A DNA stretch of 60,172 nt from an uncultured Gammaproteobacteria bacterium (GCA_938003715.1 CALKYK010000517.1:1-60172); one strand, 5' to 3'. Shown: positions 10,216 through 20,579, numbered from the stretch's first letter. Notes: generated from the sequence alone by a model not told the origin. Made by a program: numbers and translations.

Positions 10216-10995
10216 TCAGCCGGCCGCGCCGGATCGCTCGAGCAGGTGCGCGTGCAGGCCACCGTCGACCGGGATGTTGGCGCCGCGAATCCAGTTGCTC
10301 GAATCCGACACCAGGAACGCGACGACCGGCGCGATATCGCCGGTCTGCCCCATGCGCTCCGTCAGTGCGATATGCGACTCGGCGCGGTCGCCGAAAGAAA
10401 CGATGAAATCGTCCAGTATCGGCGTCTCGACCGGCCCCGGGCAGACGCTGTTCATGCGCATGCCGCACTCGATGAAATACTGCGATTCCCTGATCGTCCA
10501 GTAGCAGACGATCTCCTTGGAGAACACGTAGGACTTTGCGGCGACGGCGCCGTGCTTCTGCACCATCTCGCCGAGGTTGTCGAACGTCGCGCGGTCGACG
10601 AAGTCGCGGACGGCGGCGATATTGCCCTTCCAGCCGGCACCGGCCAGCGATGAGACGTTGACGATGGACGCGCCGGGGTTCATGCGCTCGATCATCTCGT
10701 TCGTAAAGGTCATCAGGCCGAGCGCGTTCACGGCCAGCACCTCTTCCGGCGGCGCGGTCGGCGGCACGCCGGCGACGTTGCACAGACCGTCGATGCCCGG
10801 CCCTACGTCCCGTACGGCCGCAACGATGGAACGCGGATCGGTGAGGTCGGCCTCGATGCGACGGTCGACCTTGCCGCCGATCGGCACGCGATCGACGCCA
10901 ATGACCGTGGCGCCGTGCTTTTTCAGCTCGCTGACGCACGCCGCGCCGATGCCCGAAGCGGCACCCGTCACGATGACGGTCTTGTTTTTCAGCAT
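10216..10995 (-). CDS. SDR-family oxidoreductase (coniferyl-alcohol / 3-alpha-hydroxysteroid dehydrogenase-like subgroup)
   Basis: 259 aa. TGAASGIGAA, GATVIGVD, IDGLCNVAGVP, NIPVDGGL. The subgroup assignment is from memory of CalA/HsdA-type sequences. Confidence 0.8.
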   Translation of the reverse strand: MLKNKTVIVTGAASGIGAACVSELKKHGATVIGVDRVPIGGKVDRRIEADLTDPRSIVAAVRDVGPGIDGLCNVAGVPPTAPPEEVLAVNALGLMTFTNEMIERMNPGASIVNVSSLAGAGWKGNIAAVRDFVDRATFDNLGEMVQKHGAVAAKSYVFSKEIVCYWTIRESQYFIECGMRMNSVCPGPVETPILDDFIVSFGDRAESHIALTERMGQTGDIAPVVAFLVSDSSNWIRGANIPVDGGLHAHLLERSGAAG

Positions 10996-11017
10996 TGCGA
11001 CACGGACCGTCGCTGCA

Positions 11018-13420
11018 TCAGAACGTGTTCACCTCTAGCGTCTGGTGCGATTGCGGCCGGCGCGCAACGGCGTTGATGATCATGTCCGGCACGACCGGCG
11101 TGCGATTGAAGTACACGCCGCCCAGCGCGTCGGAAATCGCGCACAGGAGCGCCGCCGCCGCGCAGCCCATCAACGGTTCGCCAATGCCCTTGGCGCCGAT
11201 CGGATTCTGCGGGTCAGGCATGTCGACGGCGGCGACCTGCGTTACCGGCGGCACGTCGAGATAGGACGGCGGTTTCGCCTGGTACAGCCCGGTGTTGGCT
11301 GGCAGTCCGTACTGGCGGTCGTAGACGATGCGCTCGAACAGTGCCAGCCCGATGCCCATCACGCCACCACCGCGGATCTGGTTTGCAAGACCCAGCGGAT
11401 GGATGACGGTGCCGCAATCCGCCGTTGCGTGATAGTCGAGGATCTCTACGTGGCCGGTCTCGGTGTCTAGTTCGATCATCATGTACCCGACCGCGAGCGC
11501 CGGCACGACGCCGTTCTTTTCGTAGTTGTCCTTCGCGACGCCGACGAGCCCGGACCCGGCGACGGCGGTGGCGGACGCTTTCGTCAGGAAGAAGACGTCT
11601 TCCGGCAGCGCCTCGCCGGAAAACTTGCCGCCGATCTCGATCGCGCGCTGCGCCACTTCGGCGTACGTCATGCCGCGAGCCGGCACCGCTTTCGAGTAGA
11701 CGCGCCGGCCGTCAATGTCGTAATCCGCTGCATCGCCGCCGAAATCGATGGCGGCGATTTCGAGCATCTTGTTCTTCAGGTCCATGGCGGCCGCATGGTT
11801 CGAACGCGTCATCGTGTATGACGTGTTGCTGCCGAACTGGCCGATGTTCCACGGCAGGTGCTTGCGGCTGTCGCCGCGATGTATGACGCACTGCTCCCAC
11901 TCGCACTGCAGCACCTCCGCGACGACCCGCGACGTGCCCGCGTAGGAATAGGTGCCGAGGTTGCCGACCCCGGAGTGTATGTGCACGAGGCCGTCTGGCG
12001 TCAGGCGAACGAGGCCGTCGAAACCGTTGAAGCCGCCGGAATGGTAGGCCTGCCCGGTGCCGACCCCGATCACTTTCGAGCCGTTGCGCTCGCCGCTGCG
12101 CTGGATTTTTTCTTCCCAGCCGAATTCGCGCGCGCCAATGTCGTAGGCCTCGCGCAGGTACGAACTCGTGATCGGTCCCTGCTCGTCGCTGTAGGTCGCG
12201 TTCATGCCCGGCGCATTGACGCGGCGGATCTCGACGCGATCGATCTCCAGTGCGCGAGCCGCCTTGTCGAGCAGCGGCTCGACCGCCATCGCAATCTGGT
12301 TCTGGCCCGGACCGCGCTGGGCGCCCGCCGGCACCGTGTTCGTCAGCACCGGCACGCCGCGAAAGCGCATCGCTTCCGGCTGGTAGACGAGCGAGACCGC
12401 GTCGGCGGCGGCAGTGTAATCGGGGAAGCCGGTCTTCGGACCGTTTTGCTGCACGATGTAGAGATCGGTCGCGACGATGCGCCCTGTGTCGTCGAAACCC
12501 ATCCGGATGCGGCCCTGGAAACCGGCGCGCGCCGAACCCCAGAAATATTCCTGCTCGCGCGATGCGCGCATCAGCACCGGCCGGCCGACTTTCTTCGACA
12601 GGAACGCGGGAATCAGCATCGCCGCGTAGGCGGAGCCCTTCGAACCGAAACCGCCGCCACAGTACTCGGCGATGAAGACGACGTCCGTGGGATCGATGCC
12701 GAGCATGCCGGCGAGCTGCGGAATCGCGAACGACTGGCTCTGGCAGGAGCCGTGCACGAAACACTTGCCGTTCTCCCAGTAGCACATGGAGCTTCGCGGC
12801 TCCATGCTGTGATGCGAATTGGCCGCGGTGACGAAGGTCTCGTCGAGAATGATCGTTGCCTTGTCGAAGCCCGCCTCGACGTCGCCGTAGGACCAGTCGA
12901 CCATGGGCTTGCCGGTCATCGGCAGTTCGTCCGCGCCGGTGCCGAACTCCGCGTCACTCCACTTCACTTCCTGCATCGGGATGCCGCGGCTCGCCGTGTT
13001 TCCGCCCTCGCGCGCGTTCGGCCCCGTCGGGCGCAGGCTGTCGAGCGGATCGGTGACGAACGGCAGCGGCTCGAGATCGACGCGGATCTTTTCGAGCGCG
13101 AGCGCGCAAAGCTCCTCGGATTCGGCGGCGACGGCGACGATCGGCTCGCCGACATAGGACGGCTCGGCGCTCAGCAGAACCTCCGCGGCGTCTTCCGGCG
13201 GCGGCACGTCGTCCGGCGTCAGAACCCCGTGCACACCGTCCATCGCGAGCGCCGCGCTTGCGTCGATGTGTCTCAAGCGCGCGTGCGGCATCGGGCTGCC
13301 GAGCACCTTGCAGAACAGCATGCCGTCGACGCGGAAGTCCTCGGCATAGCGGGCCTGGCCGGTGACCTTGCCGAAAATGTCCGGCGGCGTGAAATCCTTG
13401 CCGATGTGCTTGTAGGCCAT
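11018..13420 (-). CDS. Xanthine dehydrogenase / aldehyde oxidase family molybdopterin-binding (large) subunit
   Basis: 800 aa. N-terminal KVTGQARYAEDF...LGSPMPHARL pattern and C-terminal GIGEP are typical of Ald_Xan_dh_C/C2 proteins. Confidence 0.9.
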   Translation of the reverse strand: MAYKHIGKDFTPPDIFGKVTGQARYAEDFRVDGMLFCKVLGSPMPHARLRHIDASAALAMDGVHGVLTPDDVPPPEDAAEVLLSAEPSYVGEPIVAVAAESEELCALALEKIRVDLEPLPFVTDPLDSLRPTGPNAREGGNTASRGIPMQEVKWSDAEFGTGADELPMTGKPMVDWSYGDVEAGFDKATIILDETFVTAANSHHSMEPRSSMCYWENGKCFVHGSCQSQSFAIPQLAGMLGIDPTDVVFIAEYCGGGFGSKGSAYAAMLIPAFLSKKVGRPVLMRASREQEYFWGSARAGFQGRIRMGFDDTGRIVATDLYIVQQNGPKTGFPDYTAAADAVSLVYQPEAMRFRGVPVLTNTVPAGAQRGPGQNQIAMAVEPLLDKAARALEIDRVEIRRVNAPGMNATYSDEQGPITSSYLREAYDIGAREFGWEEKIQRSGERNGSKVIGVGTGQAYHSGGFNGFDGLVRLTPDGLVHIHSGVGNLGTYSYAGTSRVVAEVLQCEWEQCVIHRGDSRKHLPWNIGQFGSNTSYTMTRSNHAAAMDLKNKMLEIAAIDFGGDAADYDIDGRRVYSKAVPARGMTYAEVAQRAIEIGGKFSGEALPEDVFFLTKASATAVAGSGLVGVAKDNYEKNGVVPALAVGYMMIELDTETGHVEILDYHATADCGTVIHPLGLANQIRGGGVMGIGLALFERIVYDRQYGLPANTGLYQAKPPSYLDVPPVTQVAAVDMPDPQNPIGAKGIGEPLMGCAAAALLCAISDALGGVYFNRTPVVPDMIINAVARRPQSHQTLEVNTF

Positions 13421-13576
13421 GCAGCGCTCCCCGGCGGATCGGTTTCTGCCTGTAAATATAGTCCCTGGACCCGTGGAATCCTACCGGGTCGCGGTCCGCA
13501 GAGCGGTCAGGCGGACGCCGGGTCACGGCGCCCTGTGTTCAAATGCACGGCAGTACCTGGCCTCCGGAGGACGCTG

Positions 13577-15289
13577 ATGAACACACCGAACGCAGTATCG
13601 CTTCGCCGCCGCTCGTTTCTGGCCTGGTGCGGCGGCGCGGGACTCGGATCGACTTTGTTCCCGGGCGCGCTGTGGGCACGGAGCGAGGGCGGTGAGCGCG
13701 AGATCACGATCGAGATGATCGCGCACGCTGCGGCGCTGGCCGGCCTCGAATTCAGCGAGGCGGACCGGCAGCAGATGCTTGACGGCATTCGCGCCAATCT
13801 CGAAAGCTTCGAGGCCATTCGTGCACTCGACATCGACCAGCACGTCCCGCCGCCGCTGTACTTCAACCCGGCCGTGCCGGGCCAGACGTTTTTCGTGCGC
13901 CGCGAACCGTTTCGTCCCGGCGCACGAGAGGCGGTTACGCGACCGCGCGATCTCGACGAGGTCGCGTTCTGGCCGGTGACGAAGATTTCGACGCTGATCG
14001 AAACGCAGCAGGTCACATCCACCGAGCTGACGCGCCTGTACATCGACCGGATCCGTCGCTACGACCCGGTGCTGAAAAGCGTGATCACGCTGACCGAACC
14101 GCTGGCGCTCGAACAGGCCGCGCGCGCCGACGAAGAAATCGCGGCCGGCAATTATCGCGGGCCGCTGCACGGCATCCCGTGGGGCGCGAAGGACTTGCTC
14201 GCGACGCGCGGCTACCGCACGACCTGGGGCTTTGCCGCCTACCGGGACCAGGTGATCGACATGGATGCGACCGTCGTCCGGCGACTCGCCGACGCCGGCG
14301 CCGTCCTGATCGCGAAGCTTTCGACCGGCGAGATCGCGCGCGGCGACACCTGGTTCGGCGGCCAGACCAGGAATCCGTGGAAGCCGGACGAAAGTTCCGG
14401 CGGCTCGTCTGCGGGACCGGGCGCGGCGACGGCGGCGGGGCTGGTCGGTTTCTCGATCGGCACGGACACGACCGGTTCGATACTCGGGCCGTCGCGCACC
14501 TGCGGCATCACCGGGCTGCGCCCGACGTTCGGCCGGGTCAGCCGGCACGGCGTGATGCCGGTGTGCTGGAGCCTCGACAAGGTCGGGCCGATGTGCCGCT
14601 CGGCGGAGGACTGCGCAATCGTCTTCGACGCGATTGCCGGGCCCGACAACCAGGACCTTGCCGTGGTCGACATGCCGTTCAACTGGGACGGCAACCGGGG
14701 TGTCGAAGACCTGAACGTCGCTTATCTCGCGTCGGCATTCGAACGCGAGACGGACGGCGACGTCGAGTTCGCGCGGCTGGCGAACGATCGCGCGACACTC
14801 GAGACGCTTCGCAACCTCGGCGTCGCGCTGACGCCGATCGAACTGCCCGAGCATTCCGACATGGACGCGCTGCAGATGCTGCTCGTCGACGAGGCGGCGG
14901 CGTTCGACGAGCTGGTGCACAACGGCGACATCGAGCTGTTCCGCACCGACATCGACGAACCGGAGGACATGCTGATGCGCATCGCGCGCCTGCATCCCGC
15001 GGTCGAGTACCTGCAGATCCAGCGCCGGCGCATGCTGCTGATGCAAAACTTTGCGCAGGCACTCAAGGGCTTCGACATTCTCGTTGCGCCGTTTTCGGGC
15101 AGCAGCGTGCAGAGCGCGACGAGCCTGACCGGGCACCCCTCGGTCGCGGTGCAGAACGGCTTCGACAACGAGGGCAAGCCGACCGGCATCCAGTTCATCG
15201 GCAATCTGTACGGGGAGGCGGAAGCGCTGACGCTGGCGCGCGTTTACGAGGCGTCAACGGGATACGGCGAGCAGCACCCGGTCCTGTGA
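13577..15289 (+). CDS. Tat-exported amidase (amidase-signature family)
   Basis: The true start is internal to ORF 11858-15289: ATG at 13577 after GGAGGA at 13565-13570. Twin-arginine signal SLRRRSFLAW. AS signature GGSSAGPGAATAAGLVGFSIGTDTTGSI. Confidence 0.9.
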   Translation: MNTPNAVSLRRRSFLAWCGGAGLGSTLFPGALWARSEGGEREITIEMIAHAAALAGLEFSEADRQQMLDGIRANLESFEAIRALDIDQHVPPPLYFNPAVPGQTFFVRREPFRPGAREAVTRPRDLDEVAFWPVTKISTLIETQQVTSTELTRLYIDRIRRYDPVLKSVITLTEPLALEQAARADEEIAAGNYRGPLHGIPWGAKDLLATRGYRTTWGFAAYRDQVIDMDATVVRRLADAGAVLIAKLSTGEIARGDTWFGGQTRNPWKPDESSGGSSAGPGAATAAGLVGFSIGTDTTGSILGPSRTCGITGLRPTFGRVSRHGVMPVCWSLDKVGPMCRSAEDCAIVFDAIAGPDNQDLAVVDMPFNWDGNRGVEDLNVAYLASAFERETDGDVEFARLANDRATLETLRNLGVALTPIELPEHSDMDALQMLLVDEAAAFDELVHNGDIELFRTDIDEPEDMLMRIARLHPAVEYLQIQRRRMLLMQNFAQALKGFDILVAPFSGSSVQSATSLTGHPSVAVQNGFDNEGKPTGIQFIGNLYGEAEALTLARVYEASTGYGEQHPVL

Positions 15290-15332
15290 CAGGCCGGCTC
15301 GGTGCGCACGACGACGCGCATCGGCCGGCAGG

Positions 15333-16337
15333 TCAGCCGACTTCGTAGAGCTCCCCCTGGATCGGGAAATCGATGTCTCTTAGTTTGCGCGGGCGCAGTT
15401 CCGTCGAAATGCTCTCGAAGATGCGTCGCGCGACCATTTGCAGGTCGGACTGGCCCGAGAATGCGCCGACGAGTTTCTCCGCCTGTTTTTCGTCGATGAC
15501 CCCGAAATCGGCGATGTACTGGATGTACGCCTCGACTTCGCCGTGGGCCGGCAGCATGAATACCGCCTTGCCCCGGTCGTAGATACCATCGAGCCAGCTC
15601 TCGTCCAGGTCGTTGACCCGTTCCAGGGCGGCGTCGTGCCAGGCGTGCAGTTCCTGAAGTTTCGTCTCGACGTACGCTTCGCGGATCTGCGAGTCCTTGT
15701 ACTTCTTGTCGCCGGCATCGGCGGTCGCCTTGAATTCCTCGAACGTCATGCCGCCTCGCCGGCAACGCCACACCATGTCCTTGCGATACGCGTCTTCGAA
15801 GTGGTCACGATAGTTCGAATCGTTGACGAGCTTGCCTTCCTCCTCGCCGACCTCCTCGACGACCGCCCTGATCAGCGCGGGCACCCGAGCATCCTTCATG
15901 TACAGCTTCCTCGTTTCGGGGCGCGTGTCGATCGTTTCCCCGAGCGGCGCATTCGTTACGTCGACTTCCCGGTCGCTTTCCTTTGACTGAAAACTGATGT
16001 CGACCCAGTTGCCGGCCAGTGGATGAAAGTAGAGAGTCGCGGTTAGAGGCGGCTTGAACGCGCTCTGAACCATTACGCCTTCCATTTCGACGATCGAGTA
16101 GGCCTTGCCGATATCGAATCCGCTCTGCTTCAGTTCCTCGAGGTATTTCGCCGCCTCGCCTTTTTCGATCCAGTCCGGTGCAAAGTCTTCATTCAAGTGG
16201 ACCTGCAACGGTTCGTGACCCTGCCTGGCCTGGTCGATCATCTTGCCGTAGCGGATTCGGACGTAGGCAAAAAACGCGATGATGAGGAGGATGATCGTGA
16301 CGACTACGCCGCCGACGATCTGCAGGAAGGTCAACAT
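15333..16337 (-). CDS. N-terminally membrane-anchored hypothetical protein
   Basis: 334 aa. One N-terminal TM helix (IVGGVVVTIILLIIAFFAYV) followed by an acidic soluble domain. No family recognised. Confidence 0.6.
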   Translation of the reverse strand: MLTFLQIVGGVVVTIILLIIAFFAYVRIRYGKMIDQARQGHEPLQVHLNEDFAPDWIEKGEAAKYLEELKQSGFDIGKAYSIVEMEGVMVQSAFKPPLTATLYFHPLAGNWVDISFQSKESDREVDVTNAPLGETIDTRPETRKLYMKDARVPALIRAVVEEVGEEEGKLVNDSNYRDHFEDAYRKDMVWRCRRGGMTFEEFKATADAGDKKYKDSQIREAYVETKLQELHAWHDAALERVNDLDESWLDGIYDRGKAVFMLPAHGEVEAYIQYIADFGVIDEKQAEKLVGAFSGQSDLQMVARRIFESISTELRPRKLRDIDFPIQGELYEVG

Positions 16338-16431
16338 TGCCTACGCACCAAGCTACTGATAGCAAGAAAAATCTAGCACAGCCTCGCGGTCACGCCTGAG
16401 ATTCGAGTCACAGTCTGCCGGCCGTTGCGCG

Positions 16432-17319
16432 CTACAGCGCCGCGTTCTCGCCCTCGTCGTCTTCTTCGACCGTGCGGTACTTGTCCAGCAGTGCAAATAG
16501 TATTGCTGCGGTTTCGGCGTCCGGCTGCCCGCTCCAGTCTGACGGGCGGTAATGCATCTGGAAGGCACGAAGCGCAAAGCGCGTCTGTACATCCAGTTCG
16601 CCGGTAGCCTCGACGGCGTAACCATATGCATTCAGCGCCGCCTGCAGCTGTTCCATCGTCGGCGGTTGCTCGTCGATGCGCTGCCGGTGCAGGGCCACGG
16701 TCTCGTCGTCGAACCACGGACCGATGCCGTGCTCGTGCAGCAGCCGCCACGGAAACTTCGGTCCAGGGTCGACCTTGCGGTCCGGGGCGATGTCCGCGTG
16801 GCCGACGACGTCGACCGGATCGATACCGGGATAGCGTTCGAGAATGTCGGTGACGAGTGCGATGACGAGTTCGATTTGTTCCGGATCGAAGTCGTGAAAC
16901 ACGCAGACCTGGTTTTCGGGCGTGTTCGGCTCGAGCCCCTCGACGACATCCGTGCAGCGCGATGTGTTGACGATCTCGATCCCGATAGAGCGATCGTTCA
17001 GCGCCTCCTCGCCGGCCCAGTAGCTGGTGCCGGCATGCCACGCGCGCTCGTGCTCGGGTACGAGGCGGTGCACCGCCAGTCGACGGCGAGGATACGTTGC
17101 GTCGCCGTTTTCCGGCACGAGGTAGTGCACGCTGACCGGGTTCGCGGACGGCTGCGTCAGGAGCCGCATCGATTCCGCATAGTTCTCGCTGGTGAAATGC
17201 AGCACCAGGTAGTCGACGCGGCTGCCGTAATTCGCCGACGGCGCGTCGACGAAACGCAGCCCGCCGCAGCCTGCAACAGAGAGCAGCACCAGAACGAGGG
17301 TCGACCGATGTGTCGTCAT
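16432..17319 (-). CDS. amiD: N-acetylmuramoyl-L-alanine amidase lipoprotein (AmiD-like) with C-terminal peptidoglycan-binding domain
   Basis: 295 aa. Lipobox LSVAGC. Amidase_2 motifs HFT...AWHAG...IGIE. C-terminal PG_binding_1-like LQAALNAYGY...LRAFQ. Confidence 0.8.
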   Translation of the reverse strand: MTTHRSTLVLVLLSVAGCGGLRFVDAPSANYGSRVDYLVLHFTSENYAESMRLLTQPSANPVSVHYLVPENGDATYPRRRLAVHRLVPEHERAWHAGTSYWAGEEALNDRSIGIEIVNTSRCTDVVEGLEPNTPENQVCVFHDFDPEQIELVIALVTDILERYPGIDPVDVVGHADIAPDRKVDPGPKFPWRLLHEHGIGPWFDDETVALHRQRIDEQPPTMEQLQAALNAYGYAVEATGELDVQTRFALRAFQMHYRPSDWSGQPDAETAAILFALLDKYRTVEEDDEGENAAL

Positions 17320-17323
17320 TCGT

Positions 17324-18808
17324 TCAGACCTCCACTTTCCTGCCGCGCAGCGCCAGCGCGAAGCACGTCAACGAGCCGATCGGGAACAGCCACGGCCACG
17401 CGAGCAGTGGCTCCGAGAAGTCGCCGCCGACGACCGGGTTCAGGATCTCCGGCTCGTTGATCAGCAGCACAACCGCGACACTGGCGATGACCGCCTTGCC
17501 CACGCCGCGCACCCGGTAGCGTGGTGCCGCCATGCTGAGCAGGAAGATGCCGAGCATCGGACCGTAGGTGTAGGTCGTCATCGAAAATGCGAGATTGACG
17601 AGATCGAGCTCGCTGGCCGAAAACTGCCAGGCCATGAATGCCAGCACCCCACCCCAGAAGATGACGAAGATGCGCGACAGCTTCAGAAGCCGTGTCTCGT
17701 CCGCGTCCGGTTCGACGAACGGCTGGTAGAACATCTGCAGCGACGTTTGCGAGAGTGCGGCGAGGATCGAGTCGAGACTCGAAATTGCCGCGCTCAGGAT
17801 GCCGGCGATGAGCAGACCCTTCAGACCGGTCGGAATCTCCGAGATGATGAATGCCGGGAACACGCGATCGCCCCGCTCCTCGACCAGCGGCGCCAGCGCT
17901 TCCGGCAGCGGCTGAAACTGGTAGAACGCGAACAGCCCGAGCCCGACGAATGTCATCAGCACCGGCACCGCTTCACCCAGCGTGCTCCAGAGCACGGCTT
18001 TCTGCGCTTCGCGGCGGTTCGGGCAGCACAGCAGTCTCTGCACGAACAGGTGATCGGTGCCGTATACCGCGACGTTCTGGAACGGCATCGCGATCAGCGC
18101 GGCCCAGAACGTGAAGGCGATGCGCGGGTCGGTGCTGAAATCGAACGTCTGGAACTTGTCGGCCGCCTGCCCGGCCGCCATCAGCGTCTCCCAGCCGTCG
18201 GGCAGGCCGCCGGCGACGAATACCAGGGCCGCTGCGCCGCCGGCAACCAGGATGAAGAACTGCACGAAGTCGGTCCAGATGACGGCAGCGATGCCGCCCA
18301 TCCACGTCCACAGCACGGCGAACGCCGCAATCAGCGCGATGCTCTCGGTCAGGCTCCAGCCTGTAATCAGTTCGAGCACCAGCGCGGTAGCGTAAACGCG
18401 AACGCCCTGCGCAAGAATGCCGCCCAGGAAAAACAGGCCGGCCGTCACACGCCCCACGATGTCGCCGAGGCGATCCGACATGTACTCGTAGGGGCTGTAG
18501 AACTCCTTTTCGTAGTACAGCGGCACGAGGTAGACGGCAACGATAATGCGCGCAATCACGCCGCCGATGGCGAGCTGCAGGTAGGTGAAATTCCCGTCGG
18601 CCGCGAACACGAGCGCCGGCACGCCGATGAACGTAACGGCGCTGATCGTCGTCGCGATCGTCGACGCCGTAACCGCGTACCAGGGCACGCTGCGCCCGCC
18701 CAGGAAAAAGTCGCGCGTCGACTTCTGCCGGCCTTTCAGGTGGTGGCCCACGATCGTCGTGCCGATGATGTAGGCAGCGACGATGGCCCAGTCGACGTAG
18801 CCGAACAC
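17324..18808 (-). CDS. Sodium:solute symporter (SSS) family transporter
   Basis: 494 aa, polytopic. N-terminal FFLGGRSVPWYAVTASTIATTISAVTFIGVP is typical of SSS. Confidence 0.85.
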   Translation of the reverse strand: MFGYVDWAIVAAYIIGTTIVGHHLKGRQKSTRDFFLGGRSVPWYAVTASTIATTISAVTFIGVPALVFAADGNFTYLQLAIGGVIARIIVAVYLVPLYYEKEFYSPYEYMSDRLGDIVGRVTAGLFFLGGILAQGVRVYATALVLELITGWSLTESIALIAAFAVLWTWMGGIAAVIWTDFVQFFILVAGGAAALVFVAGGLPDGWETLMAAGQAADKFQTFDFSTDPRIAFTFWAALIAMPFQNVAVYGTDHLFVQRLLCCPNRREAQKAVLWSTLGEAVPVLMTFVGLGLFAFYQFQPLPEALAPLVEERGDRVFPAFIISEIPTGLKGLLIAGILSAAISSLDSILAALSQTSLQMFYQPFVEPDADETRLLKLSRIFVIFWGGVLAFMAWQFSASELDLVNLAFSMTTYTYGPMLGIFLLSMAAPRYRVRGVGKAVIASVAVVLLINEPEILNPVVGGDFSEPLLAWPWLFPIGSLTCFALALRGRKVEV

Positions 18809-18813
18809 GCGCT

Positions 18814-19608
18814 CTACTCCGCCACCACGGTGCGCCCGGCACCGTCGCCCGGGTACACGCGCCGGTTCGCGCCGGGATACGCGTAGCCGTTGATGAACAC
18901 GCGCCGGTACGACTGCGTCGTGTTCTCGAAACTCGCGTGCGCGGTATACGGCCCGAAGAACAGCGTGTCCCCCGGTTCCGCAGTAATCGTGACGGCGTCT
19001 TCCTCGCGAAACTGCGGCGGTCGCTTCAGCACCGCGTCCGGCTTGTCGTAGTCATGGTCACCGAAATCGACGCGACCCCACTTCGAGCTACCGGGAATGA
19101 ACTGCAGCGGCCCCGATTCCGGCGTCATCTCGTCGATGACGATCAGTGTCTGTACGAAACTGCCCGTGCCGTTCATGTCGCGCCAGGTGCCTGCGCCCTT
19201 GTCGCGATGCTGGATGTCCTGGTGCCAGCCGAAGATGACGCCGTCGCCCGGCCGCTTGAAATGCGCCTGCGACAGGAGCTGCTGCATTTCCCGGCTGCCG
19301 AGCAGCTGCGAACTGGGCACCGTGAGGCGCGGATCCTCGCCGATCGCGAGCAGATACTGCTGCGACCCTCCGGCCCAGACGACTCGCTTGATGACCTTCT
19401 GCCCGCGATGGCTGCCGAGCACGAAATGTGAGCCGTTGACCGGCCCGGTGACCTCCAGGCTGTCCGCAAGCTTCTCGAGAGCGTCGAAACATTCGCGCAT
19501 GCGCTCGATTTCGTCGCGGTCGAACAGTGCCCTGCGTTCGATCCATCCGGTGTCGAAGAATCGCCGGATCTCGTCCGCGTCCAGCCGCGCGTGCGCTTTC
19601 CCTGTCAT
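18814..19608 (-). CDS. Phytanoyl-CoA dioxygenase (PhyH) family Fe(II)/2OG oxygenase
   Basis: ORF 18814-19665. WHQDIQH and HASFEN iron-ligand pattern. Start is uncertain: ATGs at 19665, 19638 and 19608. Confidence 0.8.
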   Translation of the reverse strand: MTGKAHARLDADEIRRFFDTGWIERRALFDRDEIERMRECFDALEKLADSLEVTGPVNGSHFVLGSHRGQKVIKRVVWAGGSQQYLLAIGEDPRLTVPSSQLLGSREMQQLLSQAHFKRPGDGVIFGWHQDIQHRDKGAGTWRDMNGTGSFVQTLIVIDEMTPESGPLQFIPGSSKWGRVDFGDHDYDKPDAVLKRPPQFREEDAVTITAEPGDTLFFGPYTAHASFENTTQSYRRVFINGYAYPGANRRVYPGDGAGRTVVAE

Positions 19609-19791
19609 TCCCGGGTTGTCACCCAAGGTTGGCGACATGTCAAGAACGGGCTGACGACGCGGCATCCCGTCGCAACAGAGTCTCCGTCAGCCTTGAATAC
19701 GTGTTTTCAACAGCATGGGAAGGATTCGTGCGCATACCGACGGCCCGGGCCGACCCATAAACTCGGTCCCTGATCATTGCTGGAGCCCGCC

Positions 19792-20316
19792 ATGAGCCGT
19801 CCGAGATTCGCCGTTATCCCGTTTGTCATGCTGCTGCTTGCGGCCTGTGGAACCCTCCCGGGTGTCAACACCGAGGTGTCGTACTGCTGCAGCCCGTCGG
19901 CCGAGCGGGTCCATACATATCGTGTCGAATTCGAGGGCATGCCGGAATTCCTAAAACCGATGCTGCGTGATGAGGCCAGCATCGTCCTGGCGGCCAAAGG
20001 CTTCGAGTACACCGAGCAGGAAGCCGACGCCGTCCTCCTCATGCAGTTCATCAATACACCACTCACGAACCAGGAAGCCGAACAGTACGCCGCCTGGGGC
20101 ACAATCGAACCGGGTGGCGAAGCGCATTTCATTGCTGAGGTACGAATGCGCATGACCGAAAGCGTAACCGGCGAGCAGCTCTTATCGGGCAGCATGCGAC
20201 GTGTGCACAGTATCTTCGAGGGTTCGTACATGCACGAGGCGCCGGCCAGGGCGGCTATGCGTCTGGCATTTCAGCGCCTGTTCGCCGAACTCGCGCCGGG
20301 CACTATATCCGATTGA
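19792..20316 (+). CDS. Hypothetical lipoprotein
   Basis: MSRPRFAVIPFVMLLLAAC lipobox. About 174 aa. No family recognised with confidence. Confidence 0.6.
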   Translation: MSRPRFAVIPFVMLLLAACGTLPGVNTEVSYCCSPSAERVHTYRVEFEGMPEFLKPMLRDEASIVLAAKGFEYTEQEADAVLLMQFINTPLTNQEAEQYAAWGTIEPGGEAHFIAEVRMRMTESVTGEQLLSGSMRRVHSIFEGSYMHEAPARAAMRLAFQRLFAELAPGTISD

Positions 20317-20579
20317 CCGACGTCGACGTCTGAAAGCACGAGGCCCCACCGACGCCCGTTCGAATGTCATTCTCTTGCTCCCGCCGATGCTCAACGGTGG
20401 ATACGCCACGTTAATTCTGAAAGTATGCGCTTACGATGCTTTTCTTAAGTATTTTCGAGGTTAGCCGGCCTCCATTCCATTGCCGGGCTCGTGCGATCGC
20501 GATCGATCTCCGCTAATCTCGGGTTACGGCCCGGAACCGATCTTCGGACAAGAACAAGCACACCAGAGGAGACCGAATC

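Noticed and set aside
11858-13576. N-terminal 573 codons of the 1143-aa plus-strand ORF 11858-15289
   Set aside because: This part is antisense to the well-supported molybdopterin subunit gene and is Arg/Ala/Val-rich nonsense. The real amidase starts at ATG 13577 with an RBS and a Tat signal.
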